Assembly: GCF_009834535.1 (NCBI RefSeq)
Contig: NC_045697.1
Coordinates: forward strand, 30,878,001 to 30,942,000
Length of the DNA stretch: 64,000 nt
Direction of reading: 5' to 3'
Source: Camelus ferus
Taxonomy: Eukaryota
Part shown: piece by piece, positions 12,451-24,840 of the stretch
Layout: each line of letters starts with the position of its first letter
How positions within the stretch are numbered: position 1 is the first letter of the stretch
The notes under the pieces: generated by a model
The model's input: the letters and a program-made list of their open reading frames with translations, nothing else
What the model was told of the DNA's origin: nothing
The model's database searches: none
Program-made: the position numbers and the translations under genes

Positions 12451-13189
12451 TCAGGTTGTTAAGGGGTCTCAGTGTGAAAACCACCATAACTGGTTTTGGG
12501 AAAAGCAGATGAATCTGAGCTCTAAAAACTACAACCTCTTCTTTTTTTTTTTTTTTTTTTTTTTTTAGTGGTAGCACTTCCTGCTTTTTTATGAGAAACA
12601 GTCACAATTAAGGACTGTAACCTAAGGATACTACAGTAAGGGAGCTCTTAAACATGGGATACAATTTAATGGAAAAAATTTTGTTCTGCATGAAGACATG
12701 CTAGGGAACTATGAATGGTGTTTTCATCCTTCTTATCCATAAAAAGATTAAAAATAAAAATTCTGAATTACTTCCCAAGCAGTGAAACTGTAAAAACACT
12801 GTGAAATAGAGAAGCCAGATTCAGAAGATTGTATTTTGTTTATTATTACAAAAGCAGTACATGCACATAGTAGGAGATTAGAAAATACTGATAATCAAAA
12901 AAAGAAAAAGAAAAGAAAAAAGTTTACAAAGTCTATAACTATCACTGAGTGATAAACATTACTGTTACCTTGGTGTGCATAACTCTATGTATGTTCTTTA
13001 CAAATCAAGTCATGTTGTGAAACCTGTTCTGTTACCTGATTACAAGTTTTTCAAAAGTTAAAAGCATTTATTTTCATTCTTTAGGGCATAAATGGAGCTA
13101 CAGAAATGTCAGTACAGTAAGTCTATATCCGTGAGATTTTTGACTACCTTTCCATAAACCTCAGTTGAATGCAGCATTATTTTCTTGGT

Positions 13190-13410
13190 TTTTTTTTTTG
13201 TATATATATATATATATATTTTAATTGAGGTATAGTCAGTTGAAATGTTGTGTAAATTTCTGGTGTACAGCATAGTGCTTCAGTCATACATGAACATACA
13301 TATATTCATTTTCATTTTCGTTTTCATTACAGGTTACTACAAGGTATTGACTATAGTTCCTTGTGCTATCAGTATGAACTTGTTTATCTGTTTTATATAT
13401 ATTAGTTTTT
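13190..13410 (-). mobile_element. Short lineage-specific (camelid-type) L1 3' end with T/(TA)n tail
   Basis: 'ttttaattgaggtatagtcagtt...tggtgtacagcatagt...tagttccttgtgctat', preceded by a T-run and (TA)n. Confidence 0.75.
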
Positions 13411-15289
13411 AATTCAAGGTGATTCATCACAATTGTGGTAATGTTCTTGATGCCAGCTACTAGGGGAATGTCAGGACTTTCATGAACTGAACTGTGAAGT
13501 TGACAAATCTGTATGTCAATCATAATTCTTCTTCCAGGTGGGGAGACTAATCTAGGACCAAAATTAAAACAGAGATAACCATAGTTAGTGAAAGGCAGAA
13601 GAGGTCCTACAGAGTGAGTAGATATTTTACATGTAAGGAAAGAGAGGACTCCAGAATAATGTCCAAGGCCAAGGGGCTAGTTACTGGTAAGAGATCATGA
13701 CTGAAATCCTAACTTCTAGTCCATTGCCTTTTCAGCTATTGCATGTATCTCTCACTAAGGATCCCATCTCATGAGATTACAGAATAGAGCGCTGCGTGGT
13801 CTAGTTTTATTAGGGGCAATGTTTCCAACCTCTAGAGTCACAGCCCTCCATGAAGAGAGGGCCCTTGGGAACATCTTCACCATTAAGGAAGTCCATGAAG
13901 CATAGTCATTGTCCGCTAAGTCCTTTCTTTCATGGGAAGAACAGAACGTCTACTCATAGATCTTTGGATTTAGGACAGCCATTGGAAAGATCTTTTAAAT
14001 TTAGTTTTTAAAGTCCCTTGTGCTATGAGGCATGGTGGAAGTTTAAAGTGGAGGGATAAATGTTGGGCAGAAGCTGGCCAGAAAATAGCCAAAGATTTAA
14101 CTTCACCAATAGGAATGTTTTCCTTTCTTGTCCTCCTGCTGGCAGTTGTCCTCATCCTCTTCATCGTCACTATAATTTTTTAAGAAAAAAATCTAACACC
14201 TCTCATGCTCACTGTAGTCAGTCACTGAGTTCAGTACTTTCATATGCATTATCTCATTTAATCTTATGAAGCAAGTTATGTTATTCCCATTGTATAAATC
14301 AGCAAACTAAGGCTCAAATGACCTTAAGTAATTTGGTCAAGGGCTTCCTAGCTAGTAATCAAGCCAGGATTCTAGCTTAAGTCTTTGGGTGTCCAGAACC
14401 TATGCTCTTTACAATCTGTTATACTATTCTTTTGATAAACATTCAGGAGGCGTCAAGGTCCAAAAACCCAAGTCAGAGTACAGAGTAAGCTTGAACTTGA
14501 TCTGGACAGTGGCATGCAAAGAGAGGTCTCATCTGGGGCACCTGAGGTCTGTGACAATGAGCTTTCTGGTTCACAGAGTCCAGTACTAGAAATTTGATTT
14601 ATCCGACTATCCTTGAGATCATGCTGGGGGTAGGGGAGCCTGGGCTGGTGGATGAGAAGGATCCAACATGATCAGGCTTAGGGTCACAGCTGTACTATTT
14701 GCCTAACAGGAAACATGGATGAAAATTAGGAATCAGGGCAGACATCCAGCTGGGTAGAATGGCTCTGAGATTTATGCTAGTTGCCCATGAAGGTACCACT
14801 GGGCACAATTCTCTCTGAACCCCCTACACACAGGCATTGATATAGCAGACTAATTCCAGAAGAAATATACGCTTGTTACATATGACAACTATTTCCAAAA
14901 AAAACCCATAGTGGAACTAAGTGTAGCTTACATGTTGTGTTCAGTTCTTGGCTAATGAGAGGCTTATGTGTGTTCAGACTCAGGACAGGGATGGAAATGA
15001 TGAGGATCTTCCAGCAGAGGAAAATATGTACAAGACAATGGGATGGTGAAGGAGCACATTCAAGGTGATAAATGTCACCCTGAGAGGGTGACATTTGAAT
15101 ATATGGTCCATATTAAATTTAGCTAATTATTAAAGAAAAAGTCCCATATGTTTTTTTTTAATTGATGATTCAACAAAAGTTATACAATGCATTTTGCTGC
15201 TGTGTCTTGTTCATCTTGTTTATCTTGAGTAGTCCTTCGTCTTTCTGTTTGCTTTTATGCCATTGGCATTTTTGGAGTGTTGGCTACTT

Positions 15290-15660
15290 GTCTAGAGAAA
15301 CATCCCACTTCCCACTTGTGCACTTCCCATTTTATCAGGTTAGGAAACATGTGATGTCTGTCTGTGCCATTCTTGATGATGAACAGTGTGGTTATTTAGT
15401 TAGCTGATGTCTGCTAGATCTGCAACACAGGGGGACCCCTCTTGTAAATCAAAAGTGGCGTGTGGGATGGTATTTGGAGATCATAGGATGGATTATTCTG
15501 TTCTTCGACAACTTTTTACCCAATGGTGTTAGCATCCATTAGAATCCTTCTCTGAATCAAAAGCACACAGGGGGTTGCAAAATGGTGATTTTTTAAAATT
15601 CTATTACTTCTACATTTATCAACTGGCATTCTTCTGGAAGGAAGAACTGCCTCCTCCATC
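15290..15660 (-). mobile_element. L1MC4/5-like 3' UTR fragment (similar at ~44080-44760 minus and ~53420-54070 plus)
   Basis: 'cccaatggtgttagcatccatt...ggttgcaaaatggtgattttt...ctggcattcttct'. Confidence 0.7.
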
Positions 15661-16050
15661 ATTTTCCCCTTTTCCTCTCATTTCTTATACTATGCATTAT
15701 GTATGTATGCATGTATGAATGTATGTATGTTTATATGTGTCATCACCATTTACTTGGTTAGCATTTTCTTAATAATGTCATTTAATTTCATGTCTCAGTT
15801 TAGTAAATTTATTATTTTTGAAGCAGGTATGCGTCATAGTTTTTGATGAATGATGCTAACTGTATGGTCACTGGACTTATACCTAGATAGAAAAATCAGA
15901 AAAGAGATTAGATGAGACGTGTATAATGAGATGGTTCAGTCCTTTACTGTTCTAGTTTTTATTACTTCTTAGGACTTCTTTGATATATTTTGGGCAAAGT
16001 AAAGGAAGGATAGCCAGAGAGGATCTTTTAGACTTGAATTTTTTTTTCAG

Positions 16051-16159
16051 ATTTCTGTAATTATACTCTACTTTTAAGAGAAATCTGCTTTGAATTTGGA
16101 TCATAGTCTTGCTCTCTGGTGGATTTTCATGCCTCTTTGAGTTCAGTAGTCTTCTGAAA
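16051..16159 (+). pseudogene. Fossil exon, C-type lectin N-terminal half
   Basis: ttttttttcag acceptor. Reads FCNYTLLLREICFEFGS*SCSLVDFHASL, matching CTL 'C.......C..F.....S..DA...C'. Confidence 0.45.
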
Positions 16160-16992
16160 GTATTTTATATATAAGTGAATATGACATGTTTTAATAATAT
16201 GCTTTATGTATACACATAATATTTCAATTTTATGAGAAGAGAGTCTTTATATTTTCTCTGGTAATATGAGTCATCAGGTTTTAATATTGCTAAAAGGAGA
16301 AAAAAATGACTAAGATTCAGAAAATCTGTTTTATTCCTTGAATAAAAGTTACTAATTAGATCACAATGGTTGGAAACAACTTTTAGAATGTGAGCAAAAT
16401 ATAACCTTGATGAATTGTGAGAAAATAAAATTTGAGTTGTGATACAGTGAATGGTGATTAAAGGTAGTAAGTTACGTTCATTACACTAAAGAGACTCAAA
16501 CCATTATTTAAAAAGTAGTGTTTTAGATAAAAATGCCATCTTCAAATAAACTTAAGAAAAAAAGCTTATGATCATTTAGACCTAGTCTTATGAATTAATT
16601 TATATATACTTTTAAAAGTATGTATAGGAAAAGAAAAAAACCTAGGATCAAATAATTAAGGATTACCATTAAAATAGAAATTAAGAAAAATTAAAGTAGC
16701 TGAATGTAATGACATTACAGCTGTGCTCTTTCTGGTTTTCTTGAAAACTCTGCCTTCTCAGTGCTGGGAAAGTTCAGAAAATGCCAAATCAATGGTTCAG
16801 TAAATGGGTGGAGTATTAGAAAGAAGTGCATTTGTAAAAGTTCGAAACAAATTGTCTGTTCCTTTAAATAAAGCTCCCAGGAATTTACGCCTTCAACTGT
16901 CCCCCGAATCTTCCATTGAAGGGCATATCCCTGGAGATCACCTTCCTGTGCTGTTCATTTAGGGAGAAGAAGTTTTTCTGTTTTCACTTCAG

Positions 16993-17210
16993 AAGAATTT
17001 GAGGCAAACCATCTTTCTCCTTCAGGTGCAGGCAGGGCTGCTGTGGCCTGCTGGACAGGTGGTGCCCTGCAATGGGGCTCCTGGCCAAGAGGAAAGTGGG
17101 GGCCACGCTCTGACTGCTGAGCCATGCACCATGATAAGAATCAAGAGGCTTCAGCCAGAAGGAAGAGTGCCTGTCTGTAATTTGCATGAAGGGTACACAT
17201 GCAGACAAAG
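16993..17210 (+). pseudogene. Fossil exon, C-type lectin C-terminal half
   Basis: ttctgttttcacttcag| ... AAG|gttggg. Reads CWTGGALQWGSWPRGKWGPRSDC*AMHH then (shifted) ECLSVICMK, matching CTL 'W.DG....W..G.P...DC.AM.....C....IC.K'. Confidence 0.55.
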
Positions 17211-18139
17211 GTTGGGTTAACTAACCGTGGCAGCAGTGTTGGTGAAATTCGGGGATACGCTCCTTCAAGTGCTGTGCCCACGTGACTGTATCAGGAGCAG
17301 TGGGAAGGGGCAGGTGGGGGTCTAAAGGCTACACTCCTTGATGAGAATGACAGATATTGATGATCATTTTTTAACCTTGCCTGATCCCTCGGAAGAGGGA
17401 AATGATCTTTCACATCTTTGCGGTAAAAAGCTGCTTATTTTTAAAGAAATATTTCTAGTGTTTAAAGTGAGCAACACATTATTAATGGAAATCTTTGGGG
17501 AACTTCTACTTGATTTTTTTGTTTTTATGTATTAGAATTTCAAGGAAAACCATTAAAATACTCATTATGGTAGGCTTTTAACCACTTTAAAGTTTTTCTT
17601 TATATTTACTCTCTGAAATTGCAGTAGATACCTTGTAATAATCAGTGGCTTTGGAGGGACCACAAAAACTTAACCAAAAAAGTTAAGGGGTCAAAAAAAG
17701 ACTTTAAAAGAGACATTGCTATTTATTTTTCTCATTCTATTGCTGACTTATAATGTGGCTAATTCTCACTGTTACTTCATAATTTTTTCCTGAGAGATTT
17801 TGAAAAACTATTCCCTTTGGAAGGAAACAAAGCAAAACAACAGTTAACTAGTCTCTTTCTTGATCAGATTTTAATACCTTAATAATTAAGCAGTTTTAAT
17901 ATAAATTTTATTGCTATTATTGTTCTACTCAGAGTGCTGATATGTTTAGTAATCTAACTAATATTGCCCTGAAGTAAATTGTCTTTATATCATTTATGGA
18001 GAAATCTGGGAAACGGTGGTGATTTATTGAAAATAGTCATCCCCCTCTTTTTTTAGATATGCCTCTTGAACTATCTTTTTTTTTTTTTTACTTAATGTAT
18101 ATGTGAGTGGCAATATTTCTAGGTATAGGTCATTCATTG

Positions 18140-18601
18140 TGTTGACTGAAAAAAAAATGCACAACCTAAAAGTTGAAAATTATGTTTTATTTGGCAGACC
18201 TTCGGAGGATTTCAAGCCCGGAGGCAGCCTCTCAGGTAGATCTGAGGGACCACTCTGAAGAGGTAAGGGAGGAGCCAGGATATATAGGGGTTTTTGCAAC
18301 AAAGACCAGGTGGTTGGAACATCATTACTTAAAGGAAACCAGACATCTCAAGTTAATGAATTTAGCACTTTGTATGGGAAGATGCCAGAGTCTGGGCTCA
18401 CTGAAATCACTGATGTGCACCTGAGCTGTCTGGGGCCAGTATCCTGTTCTTTCCCATCCTGAGTCCCCGAGGGTGCACTGCTGGGGGTGGCTGTGGGAAG
18501 CCCTTTATCTCCATCCTGAGTTCCCTGGGGGCTGCTGTAGTGGCCTGATGGCTGCAACATCCTTTGTTTATTGATATGGCAGGCAACGTTCTTCGTTCAC
18601 A
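18140..18601 (-). mobile_element. ERV1 solo LTR, artiodactyl MER41-like
   Basis: TG...CA ends (tgttgactgaaaa ... gttcaca). Reverse complement of the related copy at 20266-20720; AATAAA on the minus strand at ~18186. Confidence 0.8.
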
Positions 18602-18917
18602 GTAACTAACCAAGTTCCCACGATCTCCCTAAACCGTTGTCCTCTCTAGTAGCTGTGTTTCACTTCCCCTCTCACCCTCACCAAATGCCTCATTGCCACA
18701 CCACATGGGCCAGATGGCTTTTTCCTCTTTGTCTCCTAACATGCTACCCTGGAGACATGCCTAAGTTCTACCACTGTCTGTAGTTTTCCGTGGGTCACAC
18801 ACCTGAGGCAAGTGGAGTGACTAACAGTAACCTTTTTAAAATAAGCTTTTATCACAGAATCTCTCTCTAGAACTCAAGCACGGAGAGTCTAGGAAGTGTG
18901 TGTGCAGCGGCTCCTTC

Positions 18918-19464
18918 TGCTACCGGGAGGAGGGGGACAAAAGTTACCTTAGTTCTTAGTCACCCGAAAGAAGTGGCTTTTTGACGAGAGACAGAAAGCG
19001 TGATGTAAACAAGGTTTTATTAGTAAAGTGAAAAGGTGGTAAAACATAGTAAGCTCCTGAGTACTGGGAGTGGGCCAGCCCAGGAGAGGAAGAGTGGCGC
19101 TGCTGCTTTGTTTCTCCTGTTTTATATCCTGGCTTAGGGGCGTCAGTCCCTTGTGCTCAGGTGCGCGCATCCTTTTTGTGCAGGTTATTACCCATGATGC
19201 ACATGGAGAAACCTAAGGGAGGGGGTTCAAACTGCAGTGTTAATTACATTGTAATGATCATTGGGTCAGGTTAAGCCAGGTCCTTCTCTCTACTGCGCAG
19301 CAACAGCGTTTGATCCTAGCCAACTTCTTCGCTGGCCCTCATTTAGAGAAAGGAAGTTTTTGGAACCCTTTATCCCGGGCGCAGATGTAATGTTATTTTC
19401 AGGTTTGCTCCTTTCCCCTTTCTCTCCTTCTGCCCGGTGCTCATTTCTATTTAACTGCCTAAAA
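18918..19464 (-). mobile_element. ERV1 solo LTR with 4-bp TSD
   Basis: CTTC at 18914-18917 and 19465-19468. Minus-strand TATA (tttatat ~19121) lies upstream of AATAAA (tttatt ~19016). Confidence 0.8.
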
Positions 19465-19628
19465 CTTCTATTTCTGCACTGTCCAGCGGGGCATGTTTTC
19501 CTGGTGATAACAAAATAGTCAATACATTTCAATCTGGACCAATTGCCAGATTTCTTATGGTGCCATAGAGCTTTACAATCGATTTCGGAAAGTAGCTGTA
19601 TTTATTTTTTTCTCTTATAACATAAGAG

Positions 19629-19777
19629 GCTAAGTTAATTCCCCAAGTACCCTATAAAATAACACAGCAGTGACTTCACTGCCTTCCCAATGAGTCAGCA
19701 GAGAGCCTATGACGGGAATTTTCATGGACTGCAGGCTTTACAATGTGGAGATCTAAAAGAGGAAAGAGAGATAACTG
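19629..19777 (+). pseudogene. Possible fossil exon, Ig N-terminal half
   Basis: Reads KLIPQVPYKITQQ*LHCLPNESAESL* and (shifted) FHGLQAL; donor gtattt at 19778. Acceptor weak. Confidence 0.3.
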
Positions 19778-20265
19778 GTATTTTGGGGGCACTGTGAATC
19801 TTGCTGATCTGTGATACTGACTCCCATGTCAAAATTTTTAAATTATTCATTTGTTCTTCCACAGAAGTAGATTTTATGTTTTATTTTCTGTTACTTTTGG
19901 GAACGTAGAACAATGGTATGGTTTTGATCTTTGTCACATTTAGGAGGATAGGAGGCCCCAAGTAAGAGTGACTGAAAGAAGGCAGGGTTATAACCCTGCA
20001 TACAATAATTGTCATAGTGTGAGTCTAGGTATGGGAAGGAACAATGAGGGAAAAACAATTTCTGGATCATGAAAGACTAGTAAGACAGGTGATCCAGAGA
20101 ATTTTTGAGTATCAACAGGGCCTGAATCAAAAGTTAGCTCCTTGAGTGGCATGTCAACAAAATCTTCACCTGATCCAGGAATGAACCTTCCTAGCACCAT
20201 GGGACAAAATTGGTCATGAAATGTCTCCCAAAATGTTGGTTGCATTTAGGACCCAGAGGGAGCTC

Positions 20266-20720
20266 TGTGAATGAAAAATACTGCATACCTTGTCAGTAAA
20301 CAAAGAATGCTGTGGCCATCAAGTCATCAGCCAATACGGCCGACTCAGAATGCAGACAAGCAGGCAGCCCGGCCTCTGCAGCCAACCCCAGCGGTGCCTC
20401 GGTGGGGACACAGGGTGTGGAAGCACAGGACACTGGCCCTAGAGAGCTAGGTGCACGTCCAAGGAATGATTTCAGCGAGCCCAGACCTTTGAGCCTTCCC
20501 ATGCACAGAGAAGTGCTAACTCCTTAACTTGAGCTATCTGGTTTTCTTTAATTAACAGTCATGTTTTGATGTTCCAATGACCTGGTCTTTGTTGTAAAAA
20601 CTCCTGTATATCCTGGCTCCCCACCCTCCCTCTTAGGGGCAGTCCCTCGGGCGATCTGAGAGGCTGTCATCCCGGGCTCGAGGGGTTCGAGTCCTCAGAA
20701 ATGTCCACTGTGTGAAACAT
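20266..20720 (+). mobile_element. ERV1 LTR, MER41-like, 3' end missing
   Basis: Begins tgtgaatgaaaaat and is an inverted homolog of 18140-18601 ('tatatcctggctcc', 'tctgagaggctg'). Confidence 0.8.
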
Positions 20721-21152
20721 AGGCAGGGATTTATTTCTCTTTCTCAAAAGCAGGAACGAGGGTAGGCGATCAGTTACTAATAAGGAGACTCCGCAGCCGA
20801 GGGGAACTCAGGCTCCTTCCGTCGGATCGCTCCGCCGTCCTGACACTCAGCTCCCAGTGGGAGGTCCGGTGCGGCTGCTCCAGGGGGAAAGGCTCGCATC
20901 TGCTCTCAGCCGGCAGGAACGAGGAAGGGTGCCCCTCCCGTTAAAAAAGGACGCTTCCCGGAGTGTGCACACTCCTCTTCTGCTTGTATCCTCTTGGCCA
21001 GAGTCTAGTCACTTGTCTAGCTACAATGTAAACTTAAATTCGTGAAATGTGAATTTTATTCCAACAACTCTATTCCCAGCTAAAATTGGTGATTCTATAA
21101 CTAAAGAGTTAGGGGAAGATGAATATTGGGGCAAATCAGCTGTCTCTGTCAT
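20721..21152 (-). mobile_element. MLT1J-like LTR, unusually CpG-rich in its left part
   Basis: 'cttctgcttgtatcctcttggccagagtctagtcac...cccagctaaaatt...gaatattggggc...gtctctgtcata'. Confidence 0.75.
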
Positions 21153-21507
21153 AACCTCTTAGTTTGGGCTTTATTTAACAATATTTTCCAGGGGCAGTTG
21201 TCAACTTGTCCACTTTTTCAACAGTTGACAAATTCTCTTTGAGATCTTGATCTGTTTTCTGGAATAGTTCGGTACATTTTGTTAATGAGACTATTTATAC
21301 CAAAAAAAAGTAGACTGATCTTTCTTAAATGGTAAAGAAGAATTGGGGGGGCACACAGATCTATATGCTGTTTCTCATCCATCTGTTCTGACACACAGGT
21401 GTACCCAAACCTTCACAGGTGTGTTGCCAAATTTTGATCAGTGAGCAAAATGTGTTACTTTTTGTAGCCAAGTGTGCATTTAATGTTATGACAATGTTGT
21501 CACTTAG

Positions 21508-21737
21508 AACACTGAATGTCTATGGCAGGTACATGGCAGGTACACCTGCGTGCGATGAAGTCAAGGACCAGTTGAGGAGGTCTCTGCGTTGAGGATCTGG
21601 GCTCTATCTGTGGATAGACTGTCATCAATGCAGGGCCCCCTTCTTCCATGATTACTCCCACATTCCAGTCAGTAGAAATGGGAGAACACACTTCTTCCTT
21701 TGCTTGGCAGGATCTAGAATTTGTACACATTATACAG
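21508..21737 (+). pseudogene. Fossil exon(s), end of one Ig domain and start of the next
   Basis: Removing an 11-nt tandem duplication (atggcaggtac, 21522-21532 and 21533-21543) restores TLNVYGRYTCV (Ig 'D.G.Y.C'). Downstream ITPTFQSVEMGEHTS/FLCLAG matches I-set 'P....V..G....L.C.A.G'. AG/GT bounded. Confidence 0.5.
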
Positions 21738-22789
21738 GTAGATCTTTTCTTTTATATAACCATCTCTTATATTCACATTTTTATATTGATAACACCTAAG
21801 ATAATTACATCTAAATCAGTCTCCTAGACTTTTACATTTGCTATTTTTCATGATTATAAACATCAGCATATACACTTTGAAATATAAAAATCTTTAAACA
21901 TATTTAAAGATAAGTATTTAAATATTTAACAGTATAAATTATTGTCTGCATTTTGAATGGTTTCTTTAGATTATGGTATCAGAATTGAGACAAATATAGA
22001 TTTTATAAATATTGCCAATTTGTTCTTTAAAAAAATTAAAACAATACTCTCATCAGCTATATTTGAGAGTGTCTGTTTATTGCATACTTACTAGTGTGGT
22101 TTTTTCATACAGTTTTTAAAAATATATAAAACTTCATTTAAATTGAGGTAAATATTTATTGTCTATCCTTAGTTTTTTCCCTTTTGTTTTTTTCTTAAGG
22201 AATCTTATTAGATATTTATTTATAAATAATACTATTTTTTGTTATTTTTTTACTTATAAATTTCAGTACATTATGTCTTTTTAAGTCAGCTAATGTTTCT
22301 TATTGAAGGAGTGAGATATAAATGCTTACATAGTCAAATTTATTAATTATAAATATTATGATTTTTTTCTATTGTTTTAAGTGTACAAGATATCTCTCAT
22401 CCAGAGACTGCAGAAATATTCATCTTCATTGTCTTCTATTTTATTTTTTCTTTAATTAAATTTGGTATATGATATAAGGTAAAGCTCTAAATCCATATAT
22501 TTTTTCCAAATAGCCAGCTATGAATCCCTGCTATTTATTATTTTCATTTGCATCAATTTATAGTGTCTTATTCATTCTATAAATACACAAGCCAAAAATG
22601 ATGTGTAATTTCAACCTATCTATTCTGTCTTCTCAGTGCCAGAAATGTTTTTGTAGCATAATATTTGTATGTGATGAGAAATTTTGTTGTAGAGAGTGTT
22701 TTGATGTCTTTATAGCACAGTTATTACCATTATGAGCCTAGAGACAAATAAAAGCATTTCTTTTTTTTTTAATAATGTGAATTTAGAAA

Positions 22790-23660
22790 GTGCTTTTCCA
22801 CATGAATGGCCTGCAGGCACGTCAAACTCAGTGTGTCCAAGAGAAACCCATTATTTGTGGCTCCATTACAACTCTCCTCTTCTGATGTTCCCTAATACGG
22901 TTAATGGCGTGGCTTTCCTCCAGTCTGCCTAGCTACAAACCACAGCAGCACTTCTGACTTTTCCCTCTGCATCTCTCCCCACACACAGCTATTCCCTAGT
23001 GTTTTTAAACTCTGTCCTGAAATATTACTGGACTCAGTCCTTTCCCTTTGGCTGTCACTGCCTCTGCTCTGAGGGCTCTGCCATTTCTCTGCTGGACGTG
23101 GGGAGCACCTTCAGGTTCTTGCCTCCAGCCAGTCCACCTTCAGCATAGGTACCAATTATCTCTCTAAATTACAGGTCCAAACACACTACTTCTTCTGCTC
23201 TCAATCCTTGGGTGACTTCACGTTGTCTTCAGAATAGAGTTCAGTTTCATTAACATGATACTCAAAGCTGCACAAAAGATGGGTCTCCATCTAACTTTCC
23301 TTTTTTAAGTTCCTTCATTCCTGGCTACCCATGAACCTTGTATTTCTGCCACCTTTGCTTTCAAATGTTTAAACATTCTTTTCTCTGGGACTGTTTTGCC
23401 CATAAACACCTTACTTGCTCTGTTTTTGTAATCCACACTTTAATTCTCATATCAAACATCATTGGCTCTGGAAAGCTTTATCTGTTCAGTCAAACTTAAC
23501 TGCCCTGTACTCTGTGTTCCCGCTGAGTTTGTGTACACATTTATCATAGACCAGATTACTTCCTAAATTATTTAAGATGCAGTGTATCTGGTAAGACTGT
23601 ACATTTTAAGGGGACCAAAGTGGCCATCTGTCTCTGTAGACACAGAATATGTAGCAAATA
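22790..23660 (+). mobile_element. L2 fragment (more at ~55330-55470, 56130-57000, 61440-61830, 63200-64000 plus; 60260-60500 minus)
   Basis: 'aggcacgtcaaactcagtgtgtccaa' and the pyrimidine-rich L2 3' region. Confidence 0.75.
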
Positions 23661-23884
23661 TTCTTGGTTTGGCATGGTGGGCTTGTGAATGCAAACGAAA
23701 GAAGATAAAGCTTTGAAAGCCAACGCACAGGGTATCACTGCAGCCTCCGCAGAGATCTGTCCCAGCAAGGATGACTTAGCAGCCAAGGGCAAGGGCCCAT
23801 TTTCAACAGTGACACCAGGCGACAGCAATAGAAGTAGTGAAAATGATAAACTGTGGTTCATGGTGCCCTGACCAAACTCTCCAG

Positions 23885-24071
23885 TTTTGTCTTGTGAACT
23901 TCAAATGGTCCTGTCTGAACTGAGCAGGCACCTCTGTCCCCAGATTTCTGCTGGAGAAAGAGCTTACATAATTCAAGGATGGGGCAGTTGGATTATTAAA
24001 AATGTTACCATATTTTCACTACAAGCTGGTTAGGCAGGTTACCCAGGTTACACTTAGTTGTGTCTCCAACT
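23885..24071 (+). pseudogene. Fossil exon, Ig middle strands
   Basis: Reads VNFKWSCLN*AG then (shifted) ISAGERAYIIQGWGSWIIKNVT, matching Ig 'W ... R..I...GSL.I.NV'. Confidence 0.5.
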
Positions 24072-24607
24072 GTAAATATCTGCAAAGTGGGGCCCTTGCG
24101 GAATAATCTTTTTATCTCCCTGGTGATGAGAACAGTGATTAGAACATAATAAATATTTGAATTGAATTGCTTCTACACTATGTTTATTTTAATGTTTATA
24201 ACTAGAATCATAAAATAAATAAATATCATAAAATACATAAAAAATATGGTGCATTTGTAAATATTCCTATAGAAGATATGGACTGCCTGGAATAAAGCAT
24301 GACACAGGCCTGCTTCTGCTCTCTGGGGTCTCAAGCTGCAGGTGCTTCTGCAGTAAATGTTGCTGTAGTAACTTCAGTTACTCCTGTAGTATAATGTCAT
24401 TTGCATTATAATAAAACCCAGAAAGATACAGTGTCATTACATTAAAAAACAACTATCTTGTCTACTTAGATTGGCATTAGGTTTGCCCCACAAAATCAGT
24501 TCCCAATTCCCTAGTTGACAGGTTTTGCATATTTGCTTGGTCTTGCTCTCTCAAGTAGAAATTGGTTACCCTCCATTGCAATTTAAAATATCATTTTTCT
24601 TGTTTAG

Positions 24608-24840
24608 AGAAGAAGTTTCTAAGTGCACCCTACTATTGGAGGATGTTCATGCTGACCACCTATAATTTGGAATATACAGCCGTGCTCCCTGGGACTTGTG
24701 CTGACTCAGCATTTCCCTGCAAGTCTTCAAAGAGACTTTTGTGCCATTCTGTGTGGCTTGTATTGTTCCCATTCCCAACTGTTGTCTGTTTATGTGAAAG
24801 GAGTTTCAGTGGATTGCTTGAGTTTTGATTTTCATGCCCT
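24608..24840 (+). pseudogene. Fossil exon, EGF-like
   Basis: tttttcttgtttag| ... |gtatga. Overlaps ORF 24562-24828: TCADSAFPCKSSKRLLCHSV...VVCLCERSFSG, matching EGF 'C....PC......C....C.C..GF.G'. Confidence 0.5.

Noticed and set aside
16999..17220. Open 73-aa frame across the exon-like segment, and a TSP1-like reading of WGSW..GKWGPRSDC
   Set aside because: The open frame has no recognisable protein features. The stop-containing frame fits a CTLD C-terminal half better, given the upstream CTL exon and terminal VICMK.
18140..20720. Provirus flanked by two LTRs
   Set aside because: The LTRs are inverted and diverged, with no PBS/PPT or gag/pol/env between them.
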